Below are positions 1 to 8,736 of a DNA stretch of 64,000 nucleotides, piece by piece. The notes under the pieces are model-generated. The model was given only the letters and a program-made list of their open reading frames with translations, was not told the origin of the DNA and did not search any database. The number at the start of each line of letters is the position of its first letter. Within the stretch, counting starts at the first letter, position 1. Origin of the DNA: an uncultured Eubacteriales bacterium (lineage in GTDB: Bacteria; Bacillota; Clostridia; Peptostreptococcales; Anaerovoracaceae); assembly GCA_902786855.1 (NCBI GenBank), contig CADAEH010000012.1, positions 472 through 64,471 on the forward strand. Direction: 5' to 3'. A program made the position numbers and the translations under genes.

Positions 1-268
1 GATAATATGTATTAAACAAATCGACTTTTAAGTTGTCTGTCTCCCACTTTTGCTTTATATTATCCAAAAGCCGACATAGTTCCAGATATGTGATTTCATA
101 ATCTCCAATCGGTCCTTTATCCTCATAGACAACCTGCTGACTGCTTTGTTCTTCTTCCTCTTCCTGATTGGCTATCTTTTCTTGGAATGCCTTACCGAGC
201 TTAGATGCAGTCCCTAAATTTATATCCGATATAATTGATCCTATATCAAGTAGATTTTTGTTATCCAT
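1..268 (-). CDS. hypothetical protein, N-terminal fragment (gene runs off the left edge)
   Basis: ATG at 268 with GGAG about 9 nt upstream, 4 nt after the stop of the TerB-like gene. I translated the frame by hand and it stays open to position 1 (MDNKNLLDIGSIISDINLG...EEEEEQ...). It is absent from the ORF track because it is truncated. Confidence 0.6.
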   Translation of the reverse strand, partial: MDNKNLLDIGSIISDINLGTASKLGKAFQEKIANQEEEEEQSSQQVVYEDKGPIGDYEITYLELCRLLDNIKQKWETDNLKVDLFNTYY

Positions 269-272
269 TAAA

Positions 273-704
273 TCACTCCAATTCCAGTAAAGATGCTCCG
301 GTTTTCAGCCAGTCTATTCCTCTCTTGATCCATGATTCAATCTCATCTATTTCGGATGGATCAACTCCAAGTTCGTCTCCTATGGCAATGATTTCTTCCC
401 GTTCGGCATTACTGTAATCATCATCGAGCCAGCACATATACAATGCTTGCATAAGAAACAGCATCTTTTCTTGCTTAGTAACAAACTGGATTGATAGCGG
501 GTACTCGTTTTCTGCTTGCCATATTTCGGTGTATGAAGCACCAACAATTTCCGCCATCCTATAGATATATCCTTCTTCGGCTGAAGTTTTGTTTTTATCA
601 CTTTCTGCGATACGGATCAACCCTCTTAAATAGTTTATTCGTGATTCCTCTGTCTTTATCACGTCTCTGATTTCAAGCAGTTTTTCTTGTTTGATCTGTT
701 CCAT
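273..704 (-). CDS. TerB-like (tellurite-resistance TerB / DjlA-N type) helical domain protein
   Basis: 143-aa ORF with a GAGGA RBS. It has two TerB-style halves with acidic helices (YLRGLIRIAESDKN..AEEGYIYRMAEIVG and LYMCWLDDDYSNAEREEIIAIGDELGVDPSEIDEI). Motifs read by eye only. Confidence 0.55.
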   Translation of the reverse strand: MEQIKQEKLLEIRDVIKTEESRINYLRGLIRIAESDKNKTSAEEGYIYRMAEIVGASYTEIWQAENEYPLSIQFVTKQEKMLFLMQALYMCWLDDDYSNAEREEIIAIGDELGVDPSEIDEIESWIKRGIDWLKTGASLLELE

Positions 705-719
705 ATTATCCTCTGCGTT

Positions 720-1889
720 TTATGCAATCACCAGGAGTGCTCCGTCCTCTGTTTCGACAAAGTTTTCCTCAGAAGATGTCAGTTTGCCCAAATACTGATC
801 AAAATTCAAATACTCCATTTCAGGTATTTTGTCTGTAAGCAGATTGCTGAACATCATATTATCCAATTGCAGTCTCGAGGATAAAACTGTTGAATCAAGA
901 ATATCTTTTTGCTGTTTAAGAGTTAGATCCATGTATTCTAATGTCAGGGCTGTTTCAAGCCTTGATTGGAAGCTTTCTTCACCTATATCTGCTATCACCT
1001 TGATCCAGGAATTATATGCTGCTGGTAATTCACCCTTTTCATATAGATATCTTACCGAATAAAACTGCACTTCTTGTGCAAATGGATTTGTCAGTCCGAA
1101 AATGATATTACATGCAAGTTCATCGTCAACATTGCCGGCCTGAAAATCAATCCTTACGCGCTCCAGAAACGGCTGCATTTTATTCAAATGCTCTGGTATT
1201 TGATGCATTGTCGATGGTCTCTGCTCAAGATTTTGTAAAGTCTGCATATCTGTTCTGATCTGATTATAATAACCATCGAACTGCTGACGGTAATCGTTCA
1301 TCAGGTTCCATCCGATCTTCTGATCCAATGCAGATATTTGCTTTGAAATATCCGATAATGTGCTCAACACTTTCGTAAATCCAGCAATTGATATTCCAAT
1401 ATTCAATATCCCGAAAGCGCAGTTAAGCCAGGTAATAGCTTGCAGACCATTTACCATATTATTTAACTGATTTATCTGCTGAAGACTTATATCAGCTTTA
1501 TCATTTAGTATACTAACACTTTGATTCACGTCATAGAGTTCAGTCATCATCGATGACATTCCCTGCTTAATCTCAAGTGTATCCGCGTGGATAAGATCGA
1601 GATCCTTAATTATCTCCACGCCTTGCTTCTTTAGAACTTTGAGGCTTCTATTTGCTTTATTCACACCTTTCTGAATAAAAACAGACTGGACATTATTTCC
1701 AAGAGAAGATATTAAAGTCAGCGGGCCCAAAGGACTGCCTTGACTAGTTGCCTGAGCGACGGGCTTAACAAGTTCAACTAGTCTTCCATCTGGATATCGC
1801 ACTCCACCGCTGCTGATTACTGCTTCACCGGCTTTAACAAGCCTCATAGCCTTCTTTGATAGTTTAAATGCAAGTACTATATCAGCCAT
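720..1889 (-). CDS. hypothetical protein, coiled-coil rich with one central hydrophobic segment
   Basis: 389-aa ORF with an AGGAGA RBS; the start lies 12 nt after the upstream stop. Q/N/L-rich heptad-like stretches flank the hydrophobic segment ITWLNCAFGILNIGISIAGF. No family recognised. Confidence 0.7.
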   Translation of the reverse strand: MADIVLAFKLSKKAMRLVKAGEAVISSGGVRYPDGRLVELVKPVAQATSQGSPLGPLTLISSLGNNVQSVFIQKGVNKANRSLKVLKKQGVEIIKDLDLIHADTLEIKQGMSSMMTELYDVNQSVSILNDKADISLQQINQLNNMVNGLQAITWLNCAFGILNIGISIAGFTKVLSTLSDISKQISALDQKIGWNLMNDYRQQFDGYYNQIRTDMQTLQNLEQRPSTMHQIPEHLNKMQPFLERVRIDFQAGNVDDELACNIIFGLTNPFAQEVQFYSVRYLYEKGELPAAYNSWIKVIADIGEESFQSRLETALTLEYMDLTLKQQKDILDSTVLSSRLQLDNMMFSNLLTDKIPEMEYLNFDQYLGKLTSSEENFVETEDGALLVIA

Positions 1890-1901
1890 TTTTTAGTTCT
1901 C

Positions 1902-2525
1902 CTAATTTATTTCCTTGATCTCACAATAACGAATATAAGTAGAAAGCAATATATACTTAAAATAATAATCAATCACTTCAGTAGAAAAAGGCTTATGGTC
2001 TTTGTAAAATGTACTCCATCCATTCTTCTCCCATTCTTCACTCAGGCGCTTTAAAGTAATCTTGCGATTCAAGATAAATGCAATCGCTTCAGGTGAAATC
2101 TCTGCAGTTACATAACGCACATTTTTCTCTTTGCCGCTATTCAAAATATTAGTGATGATGCGTAAATAGTATACTAGTATTTCAAAAACTTTTTCATACG
2201 AAAAAGGGATCTCTCTCTTCGAACCACTATTGAGAGAAAAAACATCCTCTACCCTGCTCTTGATATTGCTCATGATGGAGTCCATGGCTTTATCAAACTT
2301 ATTATTCTTCGCAAGATGATCCTTACTTATATAGCACCTCAAGGTAGACAAAAGTAAACTGTCATAACTCCTGTAACCACTTCCATGTGTAGCGTTGCAC
2401 ATTGTGGTTATAAGATCATTTTTATCAATTGTTATGTTGCTCCCCGGGATAGTGAATTCTTCTATTTCTTTTTCACGGGAAAGGATGTAGCTGCAGTATT
2501 CTTCAAATATCATATCTTGACCCAT
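1902..2525 (-). CDS. hypothetical protein (first gene of the TerB cassette)
   Basis: 207-aa ORF in AT-rich sequence. A long-loop hairpin lies upstream (end of the lipoprotein gene) and the next gene starts 12 nt downstream. No motif recognised. Confidence 0.65.
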   Translation of the reverse strand: MGQDMIFEEYCSYILSREKEIEEFTIPGSNITIDKNDLITTMCNATHGSGYRSYDSLLLSTLRCYISKDHLAKNNKFDKAMDSIMSNIKSRVEDVFSLNSGSKREIPFSYEKVFEILVYYLRIITNILNSGKEKNVRYVTAEISPEAIAFILNRKITLKRLSEEWEKNGWSTFYKDHKPFSTEVIDYYFKYILLSTYIRYCEIKEIN

Positions 2526-2718
2526 ACCATCCTATTTTCAATGTCATACACAATTATTATAACATTGTTCAAACGTCGGGCGTAGCAATTATGTCATATC
2601 AAATAACCGAAAGTCATATTATAAAACACGGGAGGCGGCTGCCAATCAAATTGCGACCTCAATTGATATCGGTTGCCGTCTCCCACATATTCTTGATTTA
2701 TGCTAGTTAAAACTTCTT

Positions 2719-3522
2719 TTAGTCGATTTTTGTTAATGCTTCGATTATCGCTGCTTCCAACTCTTTCTGCTGTGTAGCTGTAAGGCTGTCTGATGTTCTT
2801 ACAATGCATGTACCGATTACTTCATGTGAACCTGATGCTGTAATTGTTCCGTCAAAACCCGCAAGATATTCTTCTCTTTTTATCGCCTCTTCCGCGGTCT
2901 TATAGACTTCTATACTACCACCGCCATCGGTCCCGGCCTCGATGATATCGTTGTCCATATACGAATGATCAACAAGCGGACTTGAGAAGTATACCTGAGC
3001 TGTGTAGCCTCCATCCTTGTGCAGGTTTCCATTTGGATCGTGATCCTCTGTCGCAGCGGCAATTCCATCAACATCTTTCACCGTCTTCAAACACTTGATT
3101 ACGTATGCTTCCTCCGGTGCATTTACTAGCTCATACTGCTTTATGCTGTCAGATAAAGCTTTTGTTGCATCCTTCAATGACTGCAACTGATCTACATATG
3201 TAGTTTTCTTCAGTTCCTCTGTTGCTGCATTGATTTCATCTACGCTCTTTGGCTCCTTCGGAGCATCAAATTCGATTGCATTCGCATCAGAGATAGCGGT
3301 CTGCAGTGCAGGTTTTAGTGTATCGTCAAGAGCAGGCCTCTCATCATCTACAACCGCCTGTGCCGCCTCAACATCAGCATCACGTTCCTCAAGTTCTGCC
3401 TGGATCCTGACTATCTCAGCATTGAATGCTTCCTCAGCAGCCACTTCTTCTTCTGATTTTGCGCAGCTAACCAAAGCCAACATAAGTATAAACGCTATCG
3501 TAACCGCTATGACTTTCTTCAT
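2719..3522 (-). CDS. lipoprotein, unknown function
   Basis: Signal peptide plus lipobox (MKKVIAVTIAFILMLALVSC). This is followed by an acidic helical linker and a conserved-looking C-terminal domain (DPNGNLHKDGGYTAQVYF...GTDGGGSIEVY). Confidence 0.75.
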   Translation of the reverse strand: MKKVIAVTIAFILMLALVSCAKSEEEVAAEEAFNAEIVRIQAELEERDADVEAAQAVVDDERPALDDTLKPALQTAISDANAIEFDAPKEPKSVDEINAATEELKKTTYVDQLQSLKDATKALSDSIKQYELVNAPEEAYVIKCLKTVKDVDGIAAATEDHDPNGNLHKDGGYTAQVYFSSPLVDHSYMDNDIIEAGTDGGGSIEVYKTAEEAIKREEYLAGFDGTITASGSHEVIGTCIVRTSDSLTATQQKELEAAIIEALTKID

Positions 3523-3563
3523 TATATGTACCTCCAGTTTTACAGATTATTTCGAGAGCCATT

Positions 3564-3971
3564 TCATTCATCAAGACATATTTTCTCGAACATTTTATCA
3601 AGCAGATCATTCTTAACTTCCGCATCAGCAGATATCTCGTCAATAAACAGCAACATACTGGCTACCGAGATTTGCTCGTCAATTAAGGCTCGTTCTTCCT
3701 GCAATTCTTCTAGTCGTGCTCTAAGTAAAGTCTCGTTCATTCTATCCACCTTCTCTAGCACAAACACTATGCTTTCAACAGGTATTCCGATCCTCCTTAG
3801 CAAAAGTATTCTCTTGGCCCTTCTGACAGCCTCGTCATCATACAGCCACTCTTTTCTGCCCCCAGAATTGCGTACTGTCGGATGCAACAGTCCTTTTCTG
3901 TCGTAATATCTTAATGCATTCACTGTAATTCCTGTGATTTCAGTGACTTCCCGGATCGTATTCAGTGACAT
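3564..3971 (-). CDS. MerR-family transcriptional regulator
   Basis: N-terminal MerR HTH (IREVTEITGITVNALRYYDRKGLL). I prefer the ATG at 3971, which has an AAGAGAGG RBS; the track ORF starts at 3998. Confidence 0.8.
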   Translation of the reverse strand: MSLNTIREVTEITGITVNALRYYDRKGLLHPTVRNSGGRKEWLYDDEAVRRAKRILLLRRIGIPVESIVFVLEKVDRMNETLLRARLEELQEERALIDEQISVASMLLFIDEISADAEVKNDLLDKMFEKICLDE

Positions 3972-4344
3972 TGCATACCTCTCTTTCCAACTATACATCT
4001 CGTTGTTACGACGAGGTCAATGCCATATTTGAAACACTCTAATTGTTTGTAATTACCCCTCCCTTCTTCACAGCTCCTCGTCATAAGAACGTGTTCCTAT
4101 AACAGGCGCTGTAATTTCTGCGAATTCTTTCATTGCAAAAGGAAAACAGTAGGCATGACGTCTTATGTCATTACCCACTGTTTCTATGGTAGTGAAGGCT
4201 ATACTTGAACCAGCGGTAGACACGTCTTATAGGATCCCTATAACGCATATTCGCTATGGAAAAAGGCTTTTTATTCTCTTTTTCTTGGCATCAAGTGATG
4301 ATTTAGCCCAAGTTTTTTAACGGTTGTTTATCGGGACGATTCAA

Positions 4345-4385
4345 TAAAAAACTGATGTAGATACCTTACAGAGCATCTGCACCAG
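4345..4385 (-). terminator. rho-independent terminator after the macrodomain gene
   Basis: On the minus strand, CUGGUGCAGAU - 12-nt loop - AUCUACAUCAG (two G-U pairs) is followed by a U7 tract. It lies 33 nt past the stop at 4418. Confidence 0.6.
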
Positions 4386-4417
4386 TTTGGGTGTCTAGCG
4401 AAATCCGCGACGTACTG

Positions 4418-5215
4418 TCATTTATCTTTTCCTTTGTCATCTTCTTTAACTAGTTCCACAACAGCTTTTTTCAAAGCATTTCCTAGGATTTCATCAAGAC
4501 CGTTATTTTGAGCAATCTTCTTTCCTACTTCCAAGATTCCATCCAGATTTTGCGGATTGTTAAGGAATACCATGGCTTTCTCCATAGCATAGTCCCCCCA
4601 TTTCTGAGCGATATCGGCTCCTTGCTCCAGTATTTTTTCCCCTAAAGGCTTTACTCTCTCATTTTTTCCTAGCACATATGCCTGATCTATCATTTCAGTC
4701 ATTTCTATACCCATCTGCCTGATTCTGTCTGTAGCTCGCATACCATACACGACCAAAAAAACTTTAGTAAGAGTATTTGTAGCAACATAATTCTTAATGC
4801 TTTCAAATGCAATTTTCAGAGCAGAATCAAGGTTGAAGTGGTTATTTCCTGCAGCCAAAAGCGGAATAGCAATAGATTCACACCCCATTATATCCGCTAG
4901 TTTTAACGAAGAAAGATAAGCTGAGCTAAGTTTGCCATATTCGCCGCTTTTGCCGCCTTTCCACTTAGGGGTGACTGCATGTATTATATATTTTGCGTCC
5001 AAATTGAAGCCCAGGGTAGGAACTGCAGTACCTACTCTCACATAATGGTAGCGTTTCAAACTTTCCTTGCAGGCTTTGGTCAGTTTTCTTCGTCCAGCTC
5101 TTTCAAAGATTGCTTTTGATGTACCATGTCCTTCCTCAAGCAGTGGGTTGGCAGGAAGAACGATAGCATCCACTTCCATATTGCAGATATCATTTCTAAT
5201 TACTTCAAATTCCAT
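4418..5215 (-). CDS. macrodomain protein with about 95-aa helical C-terminal extension
   Basis: Divergent macro motifs: DAIVLPANPLL..GHGTSKAIFERAG, later SIAIPLLAAGNNHF. GGAAGGAAG RBS. Confidence 0.6.
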   Translation of the reverse strand: MEFEVIRNDICNMEVDAIVLPANPLLEEGHGTSKAIFERAGRRKLTKACKESLKRYHYVRVGTAVPTLGFNLDAKYIIHAVTPKWKGGKSGEYGKLSSAYLSSLKLADIMGCESIAIPLLAAGNNHFNLDSALKIAFESIKNYVATNTLTKVFLVVYGMRATDRIRQMGIEMTEMIDQAYVLGKNERVKPLGEKILEQGADIAQKWGDYAMEKAMVFLNNPQNLDGILEVGKKIAQNNGLDEILGNALKKAVVELVKEDDKGKDK

Positions 5216-5257
5216 ATGATGTACTTCCTTCCATATCGACGAATGTAATCCATTAAC

Positions 5258-6922
5258 TCATTTCAATCTTCTCGCTATATCATAGATATCCTGCTTCATC
5301 TCATAGAACCCAATCACCGGCATTCCACCACCCATGTTAGTCCTCATAGCAAACTCAAGATCTACGAAGTTGGTCTGATAAAAAGCTGAGATCTCAGGGC
5401 CTTTTAGTGTCGCGCTGTATGCATCGATGGCATCATGATATTGAGGTATCATTTTAAGCATTCCGGTATTCATTTTCCACTCTGGAATTACCGGAAGATT
5501 TAATGCATCAATGTATTCAAGTTTACCTTTTTTTGCATCTGAATTCCAGTTTCTGAATTCCTCTCTAAGGATCATAAGAATCCTTCCAAGCTTGTTCTTA
5601 CCATCCCACTTTCTAGTGTCATAAACTCTTTCGTCATCTGGAGCAAGACCTATTCCCCACACTTTGTCATATGGAGAACATTCAGCCAAGACAGCATTGC
5701 CTGTAGACAGCAGTTCTTTCATAAGATTAGGATTCTGCACGAATTTTGCTTTGACACCACGCCTAACTATAGTAGAGCTTATTCTGGTCCATAGCTTGTC
5801 ATCGAAGTTATCAAAATGTGTTCGTCCAATTTTCTTTGCTTCAGCAGGATCCTCTGTTTTCATTACCTGATCCGCAAGATCATATTGTCTGAATATCATG
5901 AGTTTGTGATACATCATAAATTGCTCGACAGAAACGAAATGCTGCCCTGCATACTCGAAATCAGCTCTATACCAATTACTCAGGCAACCATATTCATCGT
6001 ACTCATGCCAAAATCCAATGAATTCAGGATGCTTCGCTTTCCTCTTTTCCAATTCTCCCTCTTTTGCATAGAAGTCGCCAAAGTTTCTGGCAAATTCATC
6101 ATAGTTGTAAGTCTTTCCCGGCTTTGTAAGTATTGCAAAATCGATGCTCTTAAATAGAGCATCCACATTTTCTCCATCAAGTCTGAAGTTCTTTATAACA
6201 TCATAGAAGATATCAGACACTATCGCAGCATCATTATTAAAAGCACCACATCCGAAAGCTCCCAGGACCAGGCGCTTGTATCCATTAACAGCAGCTGCTA
6301 CCAGGATCCCTTCAATACGGTGATACATCATCTTTCTGTATTTCACCTTATCGTAGCTGACACCAAGATCAAGTATAGGTGCAGCACAGGTAATTACAGA
6401 TACAACCGTGGTGTGATCCAGATAGTTGTAGTCAGCATCCTTAAAAATCTCTACTTTTGGAATGATGATTACTGCATCAGACCCTTTCCTTGTATGAAGG
6501 CTTCTGTTGTATTCATAATACCAGGAGGAATCCTCACTCTCTAATGCTATAAGCAGAGTGCTCTGTCTGCACAGATCTTCTTCCTGAGCTTTGGCTCCGC
6601 GCCTTACGCCGCCTCCAATATGCACGGGATTAGCCAGGTTAAGCACCAGAACTTCATCATCTGGTTTTTTTTCGGCTATTTCCCTTGCCAGGGTAAATGA
6701 ATCTGTATTGACAACTGAATAGCTGCATCTACCTTCAAGGTGCGGATGGTCAAATTCTTTGGAGTTACGAAAGCCTTCCAGGACTCTTGGTTCGTACACC
6801 TCCGCAATGAGCATTTGTTCCAGATCCAGTTTGAGATTGACTCTTCCTGATTCATGCTCATAGTATCCACGTTCGCAAACATCCAAGGTATCCTGTAGTA
6901 TGTCAATATTATGGTTTCTCAT
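5258..6922 (-). CDS. fusion of a bacterial PARG-like macrodomain (TIGR02452/DUF2263 type) and a NADAR (YbiA/DUF1768) domain
   Basis: The N-terminal half carries the PARG signature GGG-X7-QEE (IGGGVRRGAKAQEEDLCRQS). The C-terminal half carries NADAR-type motifs (FWHEYDEYGCLSNWY..FVSVEQFMMYHK..KVWGIGL). I chose the ATG at 6922; the track start at 6952 is a TTG. Confidence 0.7.
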   Translation of the reverse strand: MRNHNIDILQDTLDVCERGYYEHESGRVNLKLDLEQMLIAEVYEPRVLEGFRNSKEFDHPHLEGRCSYSVVNTDSFTLAREIAEKKPDDEVLVLNLANPVHIGGGVRRGAKAQEEDLCRQSTLLIALESEDSSWYYEYNRSLHTRKGSDAVIIIPKVEIFKDADYNYLDHTTVVSVITCAAPILDLGVSYDKVKYRKMMYHRIEGILVAAAVNGYKRLVLGAFGCGAFNNDAAIVSDIFYDVIKNFRLDGENVDALFKSIDFAILTKPGKTYNYDEFARNFGDFYAKEGELEKRKAKHPEFIGFWHEYDEYGCLSNWYRADFEYAGQHFVSVEQFMMYHKLMIFRQYDLADQVMKTEDPAEAKKIGRTHFDNFDDKLWTRISSTIVRRGVKAKFVQNPNLMKELLSTGNAVLAECSPYDKVWGIGLAPDDERVYDTRKWDGKNKLGRILMILREEFRNWNSDAKKGKLEYIDALNLPVIPEWKMNTGMLKMIPQYHDAIDAYSATLKGPEISAFYQTNFVDLEFAMRTNMGGGMPVIGFYEMKQDIYDIARRLK

Positions 6923-7017
6923 TATTAACACCCGTCTTTTCTTAACACACAAGACTATTCTTTGTAGTTTAATATTCTACACTATTGCTCATTGTTTTTA
7001 TCGTCTAATTTCCCCTA

Positions 7018-7323
7018 TTAAAAATCATCATCACAGTTATAGCAATGATTCCCGTCGGTATCTCCGCTGGCGCAGTATGGGCATTCTTCATCAGTATAGC
7101 TCATATGGTGACCTGAACCTGTGGACATGCCGGATTCTGCGGCGCTTCCGTAGAGCATGGCTATATTGATTCCTATACCCACGATAATGGCAATCAGGCC
7201 TCCCACTATACTGCCTGACTTGATCATACCGATGCCGATCACGATCCCTGCAATGGCAGGCAGCAGGAAACCTACAAAGCCTATTGCCAGTATTATTGCT
7301 ATTGATCCCAGAATGTACTTCAT
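7018..7323 (-). CDS. small membrane protein with C-terminal zinc-ribbon
   Basis: Start at the internal ATG 7323 (GAGG RBS). Two or three Gly/Ile-rich TM helices are followed by an acidic tail with CPYC-x9-CYNC. Confidence 0.6.
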   Translation of the reverse strand: MKYILGSIAIILAIGFVGFLLPAIAGIVIGIGMIKSGSIVGGLIAIIVGIGINIAMLYGSAAESGMSTGSGHHMSYTDEECPYCASGDTDGNHCYNCDDDF

Positions 7324-7462
7324 ATCAATACCTCGCCATTCAGCAGAGTTTTCTGCCTGAGATAAATATACTCTTTGTCTTTTGTATTCAACGTTCTGTT
7401 GTCTATAGTCTATCGGACCATATGTCCCGAAAAAACGACTTTCGCCGCATAGGAACCGCACG

Positions 7463-7485
7463 AAAAACGCCCTCTTCCGAGGGCG
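7463..7485 (-). terminator. rho-independent terminator closing the orphan gene pair
   Basis: On the minus strand, CGCCCUC-GGAA-GAGGGCG is followed by U5. It lies 26 nt past the stop at 7511. Confidence 0.65.
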
Positions 7486-7510
7486 CTCAGTAGAGTGTCT
7501 TATCCAGTGC

Positions 7511-8725
7511 TTAGTCCTTTTCGCTGAAAAATCTTTTGATAACGTTGATCATTAATTCGCATTTATTATGGGTATACATCGAAAAAAGGCCATGCTTATT
7601 AGCCAGAAAACCCATATATAAAGAGTTGAGGGGCTGTTCCTCGTCCTTGGTCAATTGATAGAGCAGGCCGTTATCATAGTATTGGTTATGGAGATAGACC
7701 AGAGGGATGCAGCGTAATTCTCCCTGCATATTGCTGATGATGTCATCCTCGATATGTCTCTTAAGCTCTTCTGCATTGGTTGGATCAGGGCGCGGGACAT
7801 CTGCTATCGGTTCATTTTTCAGATTCTTATTGATCATCATTGCATTATATGATGCCTGTATGACAGGATGCAGTTTGTCCCATTCCTCTTCATTCATGCC
7901 AATGAGCTTATACCCTATGATCTTGTCCCGCTTATCCTCTTCGATATCCGGGTCTATATCACTGTTTCTTATAGGCTTCAGATGTGATTCGGTCCACCTC
8001 TTCAGCTCTACTGCTATACTCTTTCCCGATTTTTCATCATGCAAAAGTACGTCTACCGGTTTCCTCCCGGTCATAGTCTTATCTTCAGTTGAGACCATTA
8101 TTGTCAACGGAATAACATCGCCTCTGTTCTCTTCAGAATAGCTCTCTTCGTATTTTCGTTTCCCTTTCTCTTTTTTGGATAAGTACTCAGAATATTTTAA
8201 ATAGTCTCTCCTGAATGATTCGAATCCAATAGCTTCACAATATTCTTTATCATTGAGAATGTCGGTGAACTGCCTCCATTCGTCTTCATCTCTCCACTGA
8301 AAAGAGTCGGCCTTTTTCCATAGATATTTGAGCCTTTTTATTATTGCTCCATAATATTTCTTACTTTTTCCTGTATTACGTTTCCTGAGTTCCTTACGAA
8401 TATATTCGTTACACTTATTTACAGTCTCCCAGTCAACGATCCCATAGATTTCTTCAGGAATTGCTACAGTTGCTTTCTCAGCCAGTTTTTTCTGGTGCAA
8501 GAGTTCAAGCGCGGCTTTATAAACGTATAACTTTGGATGCCACAGCAGCTCTGCAAAGTCAACAAAAGATATCCAATCCGACTTAGTACTCTCACACACC
8601 CCTTCTTTATGGTAACACTCACATAGCTGGGTCCTTTTGTAGAACTCTTCTATGCTGATATTCTCCTGGTTTTCATACATGCAGTCACATTTTTTGCCTG
8701 CGCAATCCCACTGTTTTTCACACAT
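7511..8725 (-). CDS. hypothetical protein with Cys-rich N-terminus (orphan Y)
   Basis: 404-aa ORF with a GAGGAG RBS, 11 nt after the upstream stop. Seven Cys fall in the first 44 aa (CEKQWDCAGKKCDCM...CECYHKEGVC), followed by a K/E-rich middle. No family recognised. Confidence 0.75.
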   Translation of the reverse strand: MCEKQWDCAGKKCDCMYENQENISIEEFYKRTQLCECYHKEGVCESTKSDWISFVDFAELLWHPKLYVYKAALELLHQKKLAEKATVAIPEEIYGIVDWETVNKCNEYIRKELRKRNTGKSKKYYGAIIKRLKYLWKKADSFQWRDEDEWRQFTDILNDKEYCEAIGFESFRRDYLKYSEYLSKKEKGKRKYEESYSEENRGDVIPLTIMVSTEDKTMTGRKPVDVLLHDEKSGKSIAVELKRWTESHLKPIRNSDIDPDIEEDKRDKIIGYKLIGMNEEEWDKLHPVIQASYNAMMINKNLKNEPIADVPRPDPTNAEELKRHIEDDIISNMQGELRCIPLVYLHNQYYDNGLLYQLTKDEEQPLNSLYMGFLANKHGLFSMYTHNKCELMINVIKRFFSEKD

Positions 8726-8736
8726 GGTGTTCTCCT

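Noticed and set aside
720-1889. TelA (toxic anion resistance) identity for the 389-aa protein next to the TerB-like gene
   Set aside because: The size and helical character fit. However, I could not match any TelA signature from memory, and the central hydrophobic segment is atypical. It is left as hypothetical.
3999-4344. Possible ncRNA or pseudogene in the 420-bp spacer upstream of the MerR gene
   Set aside because: I found only short palindromes (TTATAGG-ATC-CCTATAA, ATGAC-N7-GTCAT), which are compatible with MerR-type operators and promoters. I could not support any riboswitch or gene remnant by eye.
7324-7461. Longer N-terminal extensions given by the track for several genes (7461, 13372, 14123, 29311, 31709, 53384, 59150, 6952)
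   Set aside because: In each case an internal ATG has a better RBS and begins a recognisable signal peptide or domain N-terminus. The extensions are Arg/Cys-rich, or start at TTG or GTG inside upstream spacers.
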